The translations under genes and the position numbers were made by a program. Source: Planctomycetales bacterium (GTDB lineage: Bacteria; Planctomycetota; Planctomycetia; Planctomycetales; Planctomycetaceae). From it: a stretch of 64,000 nt of DNA. Each line of letters starts with the position of its first letter. Within the stretch, counting starts at the first letter, position 1. Shown one piece after another: positions 1-9,709 of the stretch. The stretch covers positions 5,049 to 69,048 of the forward strand of contig JBBDNU010000153.1 of the NCBI GenBank assembly GCA_040877365.1, given 5' to 3'. The notes under the pieces are model-generated. The model was given only the letters and a program-made list of their open reading frames with translations. It had not been told where the DNA came from and made no database searches.

Positions 1-48
1 GGTTGTTATCCTAATGATACTGCCTGCCGCGCGCGCTGCCCTCATTCG

Positions 49-2100
49 ATGACAGCCACATCCGAACGGATGGCGCGCCGGGCGACTCGCCGTGTCTCCT
101 TGAACCGCACGAGGCGTCTCATGCCCGCCCCTTGGACGAGTTGGGCCGATTCCGGTTGGCAGTCGAAGTCGGAGACGCTGTCGCTGGCGGTGCCGGTCGG
201 ACTGGCGATCCTCGACGGCCTTTCCGAGTGTCGCAGTGCCGCGACGCTATTGAAAGGTCGTCTCCCCGAGATTGCCGCCGAGTTCGGAGCCCAATGGGCG
301 GCCGTCGTCGAGCGGTCGCCCGATTGGACCGTCCTCGCGCAAGCCGGGCGGCAGGGGATCGGAGACCTTCCGACATGGTTCCTCGAGGAGGCGCTCGACC
401 GCGACGCGGCGGGTCTGACGAAGCTCGCCGCGCCGGACGGCTGGTCGCTCGTCGCCGCTCCCTTTCCCGGGAGGACGTCCCCGCCGCGGCTGCTCGCGCT
501 CGCGGGACGCGGCATGACCGTCGAAGCCGTCCCCGCCGCGCTGGTCGTGGCCCGCGTACTGGCGCGCGGCATGGAGGTGTGCGCGGACCGCGAGCGGAAC
601 GATCGGCGGCTCGACCGCTTCAAGGGGACGCTGGCGATCGCCGCCTCGATCGCCGGCGTCCACGAGACGCAGCCGCTGCTCGAGCGGATCGCCGAGGAGG
701 CGACGCGGCTGCTCGATTGCGACCGGGCGAGCATCTTCATCCGCGACAAGAGGCGTGGGCAGCTCGTGGCCTGTCCCGCCCTCGGGGTCGCGGGGAACAC
801 GCTTCGCCTGCCGGACGACGCAGGCATCGTGGGGAACGTGATCCGTTCCGGCCAGACGGTCCGCGTCGACGCCGCCTACCAGGACCCGCGGTTCAACCCG
901 GCGGTGGACAAGCAAAGCGGCTACACGACCCGGAACCTGCTCTGCGTGGCGCTGCGGAACGGCAACGGCGAAATCATCGGCGCCTTCGAGGTGATCAACC
1001 GGCACGCCGGGCCGTTCCGCGAAGAGGACGAAGAGACGCTCGAGCTGCTCGCGGGGCAGGCGGCGATCGCGATCCAGAACACGCGCGAGCGCGAGCAGCT
1101 CGTCCGCAGCCGCGAGCAGTTGGCCGAGCAGGTGACGCGCGGCGTGCGGATCATCGGCGAAAGCCCGGCGATCGTCGCCTTGCGGAAGACGATCGAGCGG
1201 CTGGCCGGGACCGATCTGCCGGTGCTCGTGCTGGGGGAGAGCGGCACGGGAAAGGAAGTCGTCAGCCAGGCGCTGCACTATCAGGGAGCGCGGGCCGAAC
1301 ACCCCTTCATCGCCGTGAACTGCGCCGCGATTCCGGAAACGCTCCTGGAAAGCGAGCTGTTCGGTCACGAGAAGGGGGCCTTCACCGACGCCCGCGAGAT
1401 GCGGCCGGGCAAGTTCGAGTTGGCGGAAGGGGGGACGCTGTTCCTCGACGAGATCGGCGACATGAGCCTCGGCGGGCAGGCGAAGCTGCTGCGGGTGCTC
1501 GAGCAGAAGGTCATCACCCGCGTCGGCGGGTCGCAGGCGATCCCGATCGACGTCCGCGTGATCGCCGCGACGAACTCGGTCCTGTCGGACCGGGTCCGTG
1601 AGAAGCAGTTCCGCGAGGACCTGTTCTACCGGCTGAGCGTGGTCACGCTCGATCTGCCGCCGTTGCGGAAGCGGCCGCAGGACATCCTGCCGCTGGCGGA
1701 ACATTTCCTGGCGCAGTTTTCGACGCAGGCCAACCGTCCGCCGCTGGAGATTTCGGACGAGGCGCGGCGGCGGCTCTTGGCGCACGAGTGGCCGGGGAAC
1801 GTCCGCGAGCTGCGGAACCTGATGGAGCGGATCGCGTTCCTCGCGCCGGGGGAGCGGGTCGAGGCGGACGACCTGGCGTTCATCCTCAGTCCGGCGGCGC
1901 CGTCGCCGTTCGAGCCGTCGCTCGACCTCGGGCTGATGGAAGCGACCCAGCGGTTCCAGACGGAGTTCATCCGCCGCGCCGTGCAGCGGGTGGGTGGGAA
2001 CATGAGCGAGGCCGCCCGCCTGATGGGCCTGCACCGCTCGAACCTGTACCGCAAGCTGCGGCAGCTGGGAATGCCCGCGCCGGAGGAGGCGCGGGAGTGA
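49..2100 (+). CDS. sigma-54-dependent transcriptional activator (unknown N-terminal sensor region + GAF + AAA+ + Fis-type HTH)
   Basis: 683-aa ORF with Walker A GESGTGKE, ELFGHEKGAFTDA loop, Walker B LFLDEIGD, WPGNVRELRN and a C-terminal HTH GGNMSEAARLMGLHRSNLYRKL. The true start may be an internal Met. Confidence 0.9.
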   Translation: MTATSERMARRATRRVSLNRTRRLMPAPWTSWADSGWQSKSETLSLAVPVGLAILDGLSECRSAATLLKGRLPEIAAEFGAQWAAVVERSPDWTVLAQAGRQGIGDLPTWFLEEALDRDAAGLTKLAAPDGWSLVAAPFPGRTSPPRLLALAGRGMTVEAVPAALVVARVLARGMEVCADRERNDRRLDRFKGTLAIAASIAGVHETQPLLERIAEEATRLLDCDRASIFIRDKRRGQLVACPALGVAGNTLRLPDDAGIVGNVIRSGQTVRVDAAYQDPRFNPAVDKQSGYTTRNLLCVALRNGNGEIIGAFEVINRHAGPFREEDEETLELLAGQAAIAIQNTREREQLVRSREQLAEQVTRGVRIIGESPAIVALRKTIERLAGTDLPVLVLGESGTGKEVVSQALHYQGARAEHPFIAVNCAAIPETLLESELFGHEKGAFTDAREMRPGKFELAEGGTLFLDEIGDMSLGGQAKLLRVLEQKVITRVGGSQAIPIDVRVIAATNSVLSDRVREKQFREDLFYRLSVVTLDLPPLRKRPQDILPLAEHFLAQFSTQANRPPLEISDEARRRLLAHEWPGNVRELRNLMERIAFLAPGERVEADDLAFILSPAAPSPFEPSLDLGLMEATQRFQTEFIRRAVQRVGGNMSEAARLMGLHRSNLYRKLRQLGMPAPEEARE

Positions 2101-2236
2101 GCGATCACGGAGTCTGTTCGAACTCAGACCCGGAGGGCATGACGCGCACTGACGCCCGTCATTCGCGTGAGGGCGGGGAATCGGACTTGCCGTGCCAGCG
2201 GAAGTCTTGCGACTTCCGCTACCGCTTCGCACCCTT

Positions 2237-3421
2237 CTACTCCGGCTTCTCCCCCCCTCGCGCCGGCCGCGCCGCGAAGTACAGCAACTGCAACAGCAGG
2301 AACAGGAACACCGGCAGGAAGACGAGCGCACGCAGGACGTTCTTCACCAGCGGCGGGAACCGGAAGCCCGCGTCGACGACCGCCAGCAGGATCACGCCGA
2401 CCAGCGTGAGGAACAGCACCCCACACCCCATCGCCGTCATCTGCGTCTTGAACACCGTCTGTTCGGAGTGCGTGCCTGAATAGAGGTCGATCGTCCGCCG
2501 CCGGCGGAGCGAGTCGCGTGCGGCGTCGACGGTTTCGCCGGCGCGGATCAGGTCTTCCCAGATGGCGTCGGTCGTCTCCCGCGGGCGGAGGCCGCGGAAG
2601 GCAGCCAACACTTGCGCCGCGTGTCCGACCTCCGAGAGCGGGCCCGCCGGTTGCAGCTCGCCCTGGATCGTCAGCCGCGCGGCGGGCGCGGCGGCGGATT
2701 TTTCCAGGACCGCCGCGCCGGCATCGCCGGCGATGGTCAGTCTCCAACCGGGCGCGGCGGCGACGGGTCGGATGGTCCACGTGGCTTCCGGCGCGCCCTT
2801 CCCGGCGAGCGTGACGAGCGCCCGCAGGCATCCCTCGGCGGTCTCGCCGGTGCGGAGGGCCGTGACCTGCGAGTAATGTCCGGCGAGAAACCGCAGCAGG
2901 TCGGCGTCGTTCACGAGCGCCCCGTCGATCTCCTCGACCGAGAGCCGGGGAGGATCCTGCCGGGTCGAGATCACGAGCCGCTCCATCTCGAGCGCTCGCG
3001 GCGGCCCGATCCGCCCCTCCGCGAGCGCCTCGCGCAATCGCCGCACGCCCGCGTCTTCTCGATGGGGAAAATACGGCATGAGGACCGCCCGCGCGTCCGC
3101 CTGCTGCAGCGCGAGCTCGTACATCCACGACGTGTCCTGCGCGGGGTGTGGCACGACGAGCAGTGGCCTTCCCGCGGCAAACAGGTGCTTGGCCGCCGTC
3201 CGCGTCGCGTCATCGCCGCCGGCGACGATCACCGCGTCGACCGCGCCGGGCGCGAGCAGATCGGCCCAGTCGTCGAGCCGCCGCACTCCCGGCGCCGCTT
3301 CGAACACGGCGGCCGGCAGCGACTCGCCGTACGCGCTCGCGAGGCGGCAGGCGGTGTCCGCGGCGATCGCCTGGAGGAGAGGGAGCGCCGCGGGCTGATG
3401 ACCGAGCAGGGCGAAATTCAT
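2237..3421 (-). CDS. Gfo/Idh/MocA-like (Rossmann-type) domain protein with C-terminal transmembrane anchor
   Basis: This is the last 394 aa of the 1180-aa ORF, starting at MNFALLGHQ. The N-terminal pattern (...VDAVIVAGG...AAKHLFAAGRPLLVVPHP) resembles the oxidoreductase N-domain but lacks a clean GxGxxG. Two hydrophobic helices sit at the C-terminus (GVLFLTLVGVILLAVV, LVFLPVFLFLLLQLLYF). The rest of the long ORF is antisense to the plus-strand genes at 3680-5599. Confidence 0.55.
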   Translation of the reverse strand: MNFALLGHQPAALPLLQAIAADTACRLASAYGESLPAAVFEAAPGVRRLDDWADLLAPGAVDAVIVAGGDDATRTAAKHLFAAGRPLLVVPHPAQDTSWMYELALQQADARAVLMPYFPHREDAGVRRLREALAEGRIGPPRALEMERLVISTRQDPPRLSVEEIDGALVNDADLLRFLAGHYSQVTALRTGETAEGCLRALVTLAGKGAPEATWTIRPVAAAPGWRLTIAGDAGAAVLEKSAAAPAARLTIQGELQPAGPLSEVGHAAQVLAAFRGLRPRETTDAIWEDLIRAGETVDAARDSLRRRRTIDLYSGTHSEQTVFKTQMTAMGCGVLFLTLVGVILLAVVDAGFRFPPLVKNVLRALVFLPVFLFLLLQLLYFAARPARGGEKPE

Positions 3422-3679
3422 GGGAATCGCGCGGCATTCTTTCCCGAAGGGACGCGAGGATGTCGCATCGCGACAAGGACTGTCGTAGCGAATCGGGCGC
3501 GCCTGCTCAAGCGTCGTCGGAGACCCTCGAGAAGTCTGCTGGTCGATCCGGCCGTTGAAATCGTCGCCGGCGGCGGCGTAGACTGAACGCGCGCCTCGAA
3601 ACAGCGCCCCGAATCGCTCTTGCGGGCCGGCGGCAAAACCGCTATCAACCCGCCTCTCTCTCGAACCCTTCCTTTCCCC

Positions 3680-4129
3680 ATGTCGTTTCGTCCCGGAGCG
3701 CAGGGATACCCGCTCGATCGGCGGGGCCGGATCGCGCTGCTCGTGTGGAGCCTGTGCCTCGTCGCCGGATTCGGCGTGGCCTGGTCCATCGATCCCGACC
3801 CCCGCGGGTTCGGGACGCACGAGCGGCTCGGCCTGCCTCCCTGCTCGTTCCAGACGATGTTCGCCATTCCCTGTCCGAGTTGCGGCATGACCACCAGTTT
3901 CTCGAATTTCGTGCGCGGCCGGTTCGTCGCCGCCTGCGAGGCGAACCTGGCGGGCTTCCTGCTCGCGGCGGCCTGCGCGATCCAGGTGCCGTGGGCGTGG
4001 TGGAGCGTGCGCCGCGGTCGGCTGTGGCAGGTCTCGCGGCCCGATCGGGCGGTGTTGTGGCTGCTGACGGTGGTGTGCGCGGTCGCCCTCTTGCAATGGC
4101 TGGTCCGACTGATGGCGGGTAACGAGTAA
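3680..4129 (+). CDS. DUF2752-like small membrane protein
   Basis: Start taken at the internal Met MSFRPG. It has the motif CSFQTMFAIPCPSCGMTTS (C-x-x-C/CPxCG type) followed by hydrophobic helices. The family name is my recollection only. Confidence 0.6.
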   Translation: MSFRPGAQGYPLDRRGRIALLVWSLCLVAGFGVAWSIDPDPRGFGTHERLGLPPCSFQTMFAIPCPSCGMTTSFSNFVRGRFVAACEANLAGFLLAAACAIQVPWAWWSVRRGRLWQVSRPDRAVLWLLTVVCAVALLQWLVRLMAGNE

Positions 4130-4195
4130 CGAGTTGCGAGTAACGAGTAACGAGTAACGAGCGATTCTCGTCACTCGCAACGCGTCACTCGTCAC
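4119..4195. repeat. heptamer array: 6 x GTAACGA-type units, then 7-nt spacer, then 4 inverted GTGACGA-type units
   Basis: Read directly: GTAACGA GTAACGA GTTGCGA GTAACGA GTAACGA GTAACGA gcgattc TCGTCAC TCGCAAC GCGTCAC TCGTCAC. It overlaps the stop codon (4127-4129) of the preceding gene. Confidence 0.85.
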
Positions 4196-4210
4196 TTCCT
4201 GGAGCGTGTC

Positions 4211-4882
4211 ATGGATGACCGCAGGCGACGATTCGCGGCCGGGCTGCTGGCCATATGCCTCCTGGCCGCCTCGCAGACGGGCTGCGCCCTGTTCGTGATG
4301 GCCGGCAAGATGTTCTTCGGCGATCCCGTCATGCCCTCGGCCTTCGAGAAGCGGACGAAGGTGAACCTCGCCAAGTCGGGCAAGAAGGTGCTCGTGATCT
4401 GCACCACGCCCCAGATCGTCAAGTCCGAGCTTCCCGCCGTCGACCACGACCTGATGGACGGCGTCTCCCGCCGGTTGCGGTGGCACGGCATCTCCGTCGT
4501 CGACCGCGATCAAGTGAGATCCTGGCTCGACGACAACGGCGGCGACTGGGGACCGCCCGAAGAGATCGCCAACCGCTGCGACGCGGACTACATCGTCCAC
4601 ATCGACCTCGAAAGCTTCGCCTTCCAGGACCGCAACAGCCCCGGTCTGATGCAGGGCCGGGTGACCGGCGTCGTGCGGGCCTACGAAGTCGAGACGATCG
4701 ACGGCGGCAAGGTCGCCACCGAAGTCTTCGAAGAGGCGATCCAGTCGACCTATCCGCAGCACAACCCGGTGTCGCAGGACCAGATATCGCCGCGGGCGTT
4801 CCAGCAGAAGTTCATGGACCGCCTCACGACGCAACTGGGGCAGATGCTGCACTCCTACCAGTACAGCGAAACCATCGAGTAA
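4211..4882 (+). CDS. lipoprotein, unknown function (paralogue of 4898-5599)
   Basis: Signal peptide with lipobox LAASQTGC. Clear similarity to the next ORF (V.V.C..P...RL..H.I.V....VR.WLD...DW..PEEI....Y....D...F). Confidence 0.75.
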   Translation: MDDRRRRFAAGLLAICLLAASQTGCALFVMAGKMFFGDPVMPSAFEKRTKVNLAKSGKKVLVICTTPQIVKSELPAVDHDLMDGVSRRLRWHGISVVDRDQVRSWLDDNGGDWGPPEEIANRCDADYIVHIDLESFAFQDRNSPGLMQGRVTGVVRAYEVETIDGGKVATEVFEEAIQSTYPQHNPVSQDQISPRAFQQKFMDRLTTQLGQMLHSYQYSETIE

Positions 4883-4897
4883 GGGGAAGGACCCGTC

Positions 4898-5599
4898 ATG
4901 GACCGCCAGACATCGAATCGGGACGACATCCGCACGGGCCGCCGCAGCTTTCTCCGCGGGACGCTCGCCGCCGCGCTGCTCCCGCTGGCCGCCGGCTGCC
5001 AGTACGTCGTGCTCGGGGGTTATCTCCTCGGCGGACGGCCGTCCTACGAGCCCCGCTTCGACGCCGAGACGAAGCGGTCGATGACCGACAAGGACGTCAC
5101 CGTCGCGGTCGTCTGCTACTTGCCCAAGGAGCACAAGTGGGATTTCCCCGGCATCGACGACGAAATCACGAAGCACGTCTGCCATCGGCTGAAGGACCAC
5201 CAGATCCAGGTGATCCGGCCCGAACACGTCCGCGCCTGGCTCGACGAGCACCCCGACTGGGACCGCCCGGAGGAGATCGGCGAAGCGTTCGGCGCGACGT
5301 ACGTGATCTATCTCGACGTGCTCGACTTCAGCCTGTACGAAGCCGGCCGCTCGAACCTCTACCGCGGGCGGTCCGAGGTCGCCGTGAAGGTGACCGCGAT
5401 GGACCCGCGCCACAAGGGGGAAGGAGAGGAAATTTACACCGCGAACCTCATCTCGAAGTATCCGCTGGAAATTCCCCGCGACACGCACGACGTGACCTAC
5501 GAGCGGTTCAAGCTCGAATACCTCGCCCGGCTGAGCGAAGAGATCGGCCGCAACTTCTATGAGCACTACGCCGGCGACGACATGTCGGACGCGACCTGA
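4898..5599 (+). CDS. lipoprotein, unknown function (paralogue of 4211-4882), Tat-like signal
   Basis: N-terminus has RRSFLRG followed by lipobox LAAGC. It is homologous to the preceding ORF over the central 100 aa. Confidence 0.75.
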   Translation: MDRQTSNRDDIRTGRRSFLRGTLAAALLPLAAGCQYVVLGGYLLGGRPSYEPRFDAETKRSMTDKDVTVAVVCYLPKEHKWDFPGIDDEITKHVCHRLKDHQIQVIRPEHVRAWLDEHPDWDRPEEIGEAFGATYVIYLDVLDFSLYEAGRSNLYRGRSEVAVKVTAMDPRHKGEGEEIYTANLISKYPLEIPRDTHDVTYERFKLEYLARLSEEIGRNFYEHYAGDDMSDAT

Positions 5600-5606
5600 G
5601 CTGGGA

Positions 5607-5634
5607 GTGACGAGTCGCGAGTGACGAGTGACGA
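5607..5634. repeat. heptamer array GTGACGA GTCGCGA GTGACGA GTGACGA
   Basis: Same 7-nt unit family as 4119-4195. It begins 8 nt after the stop codon of the second lipoprotein gene. Confidence 0.8.
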
Positions 5635-5768
5635 GCCGGCGGCGGTCCATCTTGCCGTGCGACTCGGGAGGCGGGCAGGATCGCCTCCCGGTTTGACCGA
5701 TGGATCGAGGTGCCGCATCGAAGGATCCGGCTTGCGTCCGCGGCACCAGACACCTAGACTCATTCGTG

Positions 5769-6158
5769 ATGGTTCGCACGTTTCACATTCTGCTGCTCGT
5801 CGCGGCGGTCGCCACGTGCCCGTTCCGGTGCCTCGCTCAGCCAAGGGCCGCAGGCGCGGAGGCAGGCAGTCCGCGAGGCTGCGCGTGCTGCCCTCACGAG
5901 CGGGAACAATCGCCGGCGACGCCGCAACCAGTCGATGACTGCGGTTGCCCCGATTGTCTCTGCCGCGGCGCGATCGTGGAGGAGGCGGCCGGCCTGCTGG
6001 ATGCCCGTCAGGACGTCCCGGATTTCACGTTCGTCCCGGTGCAGGTTGCCGGCGATCTCCACTGGCCGGCCCGTCGCGTCGAGGCGTCGCCGTCGCCGTT
6101 GTTCCTCATGAGTTCCGGTTGGCTGGTTCGCGTGGCGATCCAGTCGTTCCTGCTCTGA
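5769..6158 (+). CDS. small cysteine-rich protein with N-terminal hydrophobic signal-like segment
   Basis: Start taken at the internal Met MVRTFHILLLVAAVATCPFRC. Contains the cysteine clusters CACCPH and CGCPDCLCRG. No family recognised, and coding status is not certain. Confidence 0.45.
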   Translation: MVRTFHILLLVAAVATCPFRCLAQPRAAGAEAGSPRGCACCPHEREQSPATPQPVDDCGCPDCLCRGAIVEEAAGLLDARQDVPDFTFVPVQVAGDLHWPARRVEASPSPLFLMSSGWLVRVAIQSFLL

Positions 6159-6355
6159 GTTCCGCGTGGCCGGGACTGCGTTCCGGCGGCGTCTGATCCG
6201 GCGTTTGGTCGACTCCCGTCCGCGGAGTCGCGTCGAGCCGGCTTGACGCGCTCGACGACGCACGTCATCCACGGCCACTCTCCTGCGTCGAGCCGGATCG
6301 CCGGCCCGCATCGACTCTTCGATGTCTCGCGCCTCTTGGAAGGTAACGACGGTTG

Positions 6356-7525
6356 ATGTTCCAGTTTCGCCCGCTGCCCTGGGAATACGGGGTCCGCAAC
6401 CTGCTGCGGCGGCCGTCGCGGAGCGCGCTGACATTGGGAGCGCTGGCGACCGTGGTGCTGCTCGTGTTCGTCGTCGTGGGATTCATTCGCGGACTGGAAA
6501 GGTCTCTCGCCGTGAGCGGCGATCCCTCGGTGATGCTGGTTTACTCGCTGGCGGCGGAGGAGAGCATCGAGAACTCATCGATCGCCGCGCGGACCAGCGG
6601 ACTCATTTCCGCGAGTCTCGATGGAATTCAGAAGCGATTCGGCGTGACGCACGTCTCGCCGGAGCTGTATCTCGGCACCCGCGTGGCCGCCGGCGATCAG
6701 CAGCACGGCGCCCTGGGACTGGTCCGCGGCGTCACGGACGCCGTACCGCTCGTGCGGCGGCAGGTCCGGCTGGTCGATGGAACATGGCCCGGACCGGGGG
6801 AGGTTCTCGTGGGAAATCTGGCCCCGGCGAAACTCGGCTACGACCCCGAGGAATTGGCGGTGGGAAATACAGTCGCGTTCGAGGGCCGGACCTGGCCGAT
6901 CAGCGGGCGGTTCGTGGCCGGCGGCTCGGCGCTGGAATCGGAAATCTGGTGCCGCCTGCCCGACTTCCAGCAGGCGCTCAAGCGGCAGGATCTCAGCGTC
7001 GTCGCTCTGCTGCTGAAGGACGGGGCGGCCCCCGCCGAGGTGGAACTGTTCTGTGCGCGACATCGAGACCTGGGACTCAGGGCGGTCGGTGAAACTGCTT
7101 ACTACGATTCGTTGCAGAAACACTATCTGCCCGTGCGGATGGTGGCGTGGCTGGTGGTGTTTCTCGTGGCCGGGGCCGGGGTCTTCGCGGGGCTGAACAT
7201 GATGTACGGCGCGGTCGCCGGGCGCATCCGCGAGGTCGCCACGCTCCAGGCGGTCGGCTATCGCCGGCGGGCGATCCTGTTGAGCCTGATTCAAGAGGGG
7301 GCGCTGCTCTCCGCGGCGGCCTCGCTGCTGGCCGGGGTGGCCGCCCTCTGGCTGCTCAACGGCATGGCGGTCCGGTTCACGATGGGAGCATTCACGCTGC
7401 GCGTCGACAGTGCGGCGTTGTTGATCGGTTGCGGCACGGGGCTGCTGCTGGGAGTCCTGGGGGCGATCCCGCCCGCGATCAAGGCGCTCCGCCTCCCCGT
7501 GGCGGAAAGTCTGAAAGCGATTTGA
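6356..7525 (+). CDS. ABC transporter permease, FtsX/MacB type
   Basis: N-terminal TM helix, large periplasmic loop and a C-terminal 3-TM FtsX-like block ([20 protein letters not shown]...). ATG at 6356 is preceded by GGAAGG. Confidence 0.85.
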   Translation: MFQFRPLPWEYGVRNLLRRPSRSALTLGALATVVLLVFVVVGFIRGLERSLAVSGDPSVMLVYSLAAEESIENSSIAARTSGLISASLDGIQKRFGVTHVSPELYLGTRVAAGDQQHGALGLVRGVTDAVPLVRRQVRLVDGTWPGPGEVLVGNLAPAKLGYDPEELAVGNTVAFEGRTWPISGRFVAGGSALESEIWCRLPDFQQALKRQDLSVVALLLKDGAAPAEVELFCARHRDLGLRAVGETAYYDSLQKHYLPVRMVAWLVVFLVAGAGVFAGLNMMYGAVAGRIREVATLQAVGYRRRAILLSLIQEGALLSAAASLLAGVAALWLLNGMAVRFTMGAFTLRVDSAALLIGCGTGLLLGVLGAIPPAIKALRLPVAESLKAI

Positions 7526-7586
7526 CGTGAGCGTCCTGCTTTCGGGACAGGTTTCGAAACCCATTTTCGACGAAGGAGTGCGGAAG

Positions 7587-8102
7587 ATGAGCGTGAAATC
7601 GTGGGGAATGATGTTGCTGACGGCGACGGCGGCGATCGGCTGCGGCGAGGCGGACCGCCAGACCGCGACGACGCCGGCCAATGGTTCCGGATCTCCGGAT
7701 GCCGCCTACGTGTTGACGGCCGAACCGACCGGTTCACTCGGCGTGGGCGAGGTGCGGAGCTCCGCTGCCGAGGACGTGACGGTCGTCGGCCGCATCGGCG
7801 GTTCGGCGCAACCGTTCGTCAACGGACTGGCGGTGTTCACGATCGTCGATCCGGCGGTCCCGTACTGCGCGGACGACGAAGGTTGCCCCACGCCCTGGGA
7901 TTACTGCTGCGCGCAGAACCAGGTCAAGGAGAACATCGCCACGGTGGAGATCGTCGATGACCGGGGTCAGCCGGTGGCGAAGGACGCGAAAGCGCTGCTG
8001 GGGGTGAAAGAACTGTCCACGGTCGTGGTGCACGGCAAGGCCCGCCGCGACGAGCAAGGCAATCTGACCGTGCTGGCCAGCAAGGTGTACGTGAAAAAAT
8101 GA
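7587..8102 (+). CDS. lipoprotein with CPTPWDYCC motif, unknown function
   Basis: GAAGGAG RBS lies 9 nt upstream of the ATG. Lipobox LTATAAIGC is present and the body looks beta-rich. The gene is embedded between the permease and HlyD genes. Confidence 0.7.
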   Translation: MSVKSWGMMLLTATAAIGCGEADRQTATTPANGSGSPDAAYVLTAEPTGSLGVGEVRSSAAEDVTVVGRIGGSAQPFVNGLAVFTIVDPAVPYCADDEGCPTPWDYCCAQNQVKENIATVEIVDDRGQPVAKDAKALLGVKELSTVVVHGKARRDEQGNLTVLASKVYVKK

Positions 8103-8111
8103 CGGACTCTC

Positions 8112-9674
8112 ATGACGACTGAACTCGACCTGCGACAATTGGCGATCGATCGCCGAGAGCCGCCGAAAGCGAAGCGGCGACGCCGGCGCCTCGTCTCCCG
8201 ATACGTGCTGCCGGGAGGCATCGTGCTCGGCTTTCTGGGGATGCTCGGCTGGGCGGCCCGCGATCGGTTTCTGCCGATCAAGTCGGTGACGGTGGTGCCG
8301 GTCGTCGTCGCGCGGGCCGAGGTGCGGCGGGGGGGCGCCCCGCTGTTCCAGGCGGCCGGCTGGATCGAGCCGCGACCGACTCCGGTCCTCGTCTCGGCGC
8401 TGGCGGAAGGGGTCGTCCGGGAACTGCTGGTCGTCGAGGGCCAGGAGGTTCAGGCAGGGGAGCCGATCGCACGGCTGATCGACGTCGACGCCCGGCTGGC
8501 TCTCCAACAGGCGGAGTCCGACCTGGCCCTCCGCGCGGCGGAACTGGCCAGCGCCCAAGCCGACCTGCAGGCCGGACGATTGCGCCTGGAGCACCCCGTC
8601 CACCTGGAAGCGGCGCTGGCCGAGGCGGAATCGCGGCTCGCAAGGACCGAGACGGAACTGGCCGGAATCCCGTTCCTGATCCAAGCGGGGGCGGCGCGGG
8701 TGGCTTACGCTCGTCAAAACCTGGAAGGGAAACGGTCCGCAGGCTCGGCCGTCGCCGGGCGGCTGATTCAGCAGGCCCAAAGCGAGTACGACGGCGCCCT
8801 GGCCGAACTGAAGGAACTCGAACAGCGGCAGCCTCGTTTGCAGCGCGAAGTCGACGCGCTGCAGCGCAAGCAGCGGGCGCTCGCCGAACAGTTGCGACTG
8901 CTGATCGAGGAGAATCGGACGGTCGCCGATGGCCAGGCGCGAGTGCAGGCCGCCGAGGCCCGCCTGCGCCAGGCCCGGTTGGCGGTGGACAAGGCGCAGC
9001 TCCAATTGGAGCGGATGGTCGTCGAAGCTCCCACCTCCGGAAAAGTGCTGCAACTGATCGCCCGACCGGGCACGCGCGTGATGGGACTGGCGCCGGCTTC
9101 CGGCCAGGATGCGACCAGCGTCGTGAGTCTCTACGACCCGCACGTGCTCCAGGTGCGGGCCGACGTCCGCCTCGAAGACGTTCCCCTGCTGCAACCCGGC
9201 CAGCCGGTGCGGATCGAGACGGCCTCGTCCAGGGAGCCGCTCACGGGCAAGGTATTGTTCGCGACCTCTTCCGCCAACATTCAGAAGAACACCTTGGAAG
9301 TGAAGGTCGCCATCGACTCGCCGCCGGCAACCGTCCGGCCGGAGATGCTCGTGACGGCGACGTTCTTCGCGCCGTCTCGGCCGGAGAGCGATCCCGGCGG
9401 TTCCGAGCAGCAGCGGCTCCTGATTCCGCGGCGGCTCGCCGAGTCCGCCGGAGAGGGACACACGGTCTGGATCGCCGATGCGAGCGGCCTCGCGCGTCGA
9501 CGAAGTGTGCGGCTCGGGAAAGCCGGCACCGAGGAACTGGTGGAAGTCGTCGAAGGGCTCAGCCCGACCGACAAACTGATTTCCGGCGGCCGCGAAGGCC
9601 TGACCGACGGCGACCGGATTGCGATCGCCGGTGAAGACGCCTCGCTCGGACTGACCGCCCTGCGCGGCGGGTGA
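8112..9674 (+). CDS. HlyD-family periplasmic adaptor (membrane fusion protein)
   Basis: N-terminal TM helix, lipoyl-like hairpin ([23 protein letters not shown]), long coiled coil and C-terminal beta-barrel segments. Confidence 0.85.
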   Translation: MTTELDLRQLAIDRREPPKAKRRRRRLVSRYVLPGGIVLGFLGMLGWAARDRFLPIKSVTVVPVVVARAEVRRGGAPLFQAAGWIEPRPTPVLVSALAEGVVRELLVVEGQEVQAGEPIARLIDVDARLALQQAESDLALRAAELASAQADLQAGRLRLEHPVHLEAALAEAESRLARTETELAGIPFLIQAGAARVAYARQNLEGKRSAGSAVAGRLIQQAQSEYDGALAELKELEQRQPRLQREVDALQRKQRALAEQLRLLIEENRTVADGQARVQAAEARLRQARLAVDKAQLQLERMVVEAPTSGKVLQLIARPGTRVMGLAPASGQDATSVVSLYDPHVLQVRADVRLEDVPLLQPGQPVRIETASSREPLTGKVLFATSSANIQKNTLEVKVAIDSPPATVRPEMLVTATFFAPSRPESDPGGSEQQRLLIPRRLAESAGEGHTVWIADASGLARRRSVRLGKAGTEELVEVVEGLSPTDKLISGGREGLTDGDRIAIAGEDASLGLTALRGG

Positions 9675-9709
9675 ATCCTCGAACCACGAAGCATGACCGG
9701 GAGACGATC

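Noticed and set aside
247-2331. 694-aa minus-strand ORF
   Set aside because: It is an antisense shadow of the sigma-54 activator gene. It has extreme Arg/Pro/Glu bias and no motifs.
4119-4195. Heptamer arrays as a possible CRISPR array
   Set aside because: The units are 7 nt long, directly abutting with no spacers. There is no cas gene in the window. This is a microsatellite or palindrome, not a CRISPR.
3422-5779. Upstream two-thirds of the 1180-aa minus-strand ORF (2237-5779)
   Set aside because: It is antisense to three well-supported plus-strand genes (3680-5599). Its composition is Arg/Gly/Pro/His-rich and it reads straight through the heptamer arrays (LLVTR repeats). Only the last 394 aa, from MNFALLG, look like a real protein.
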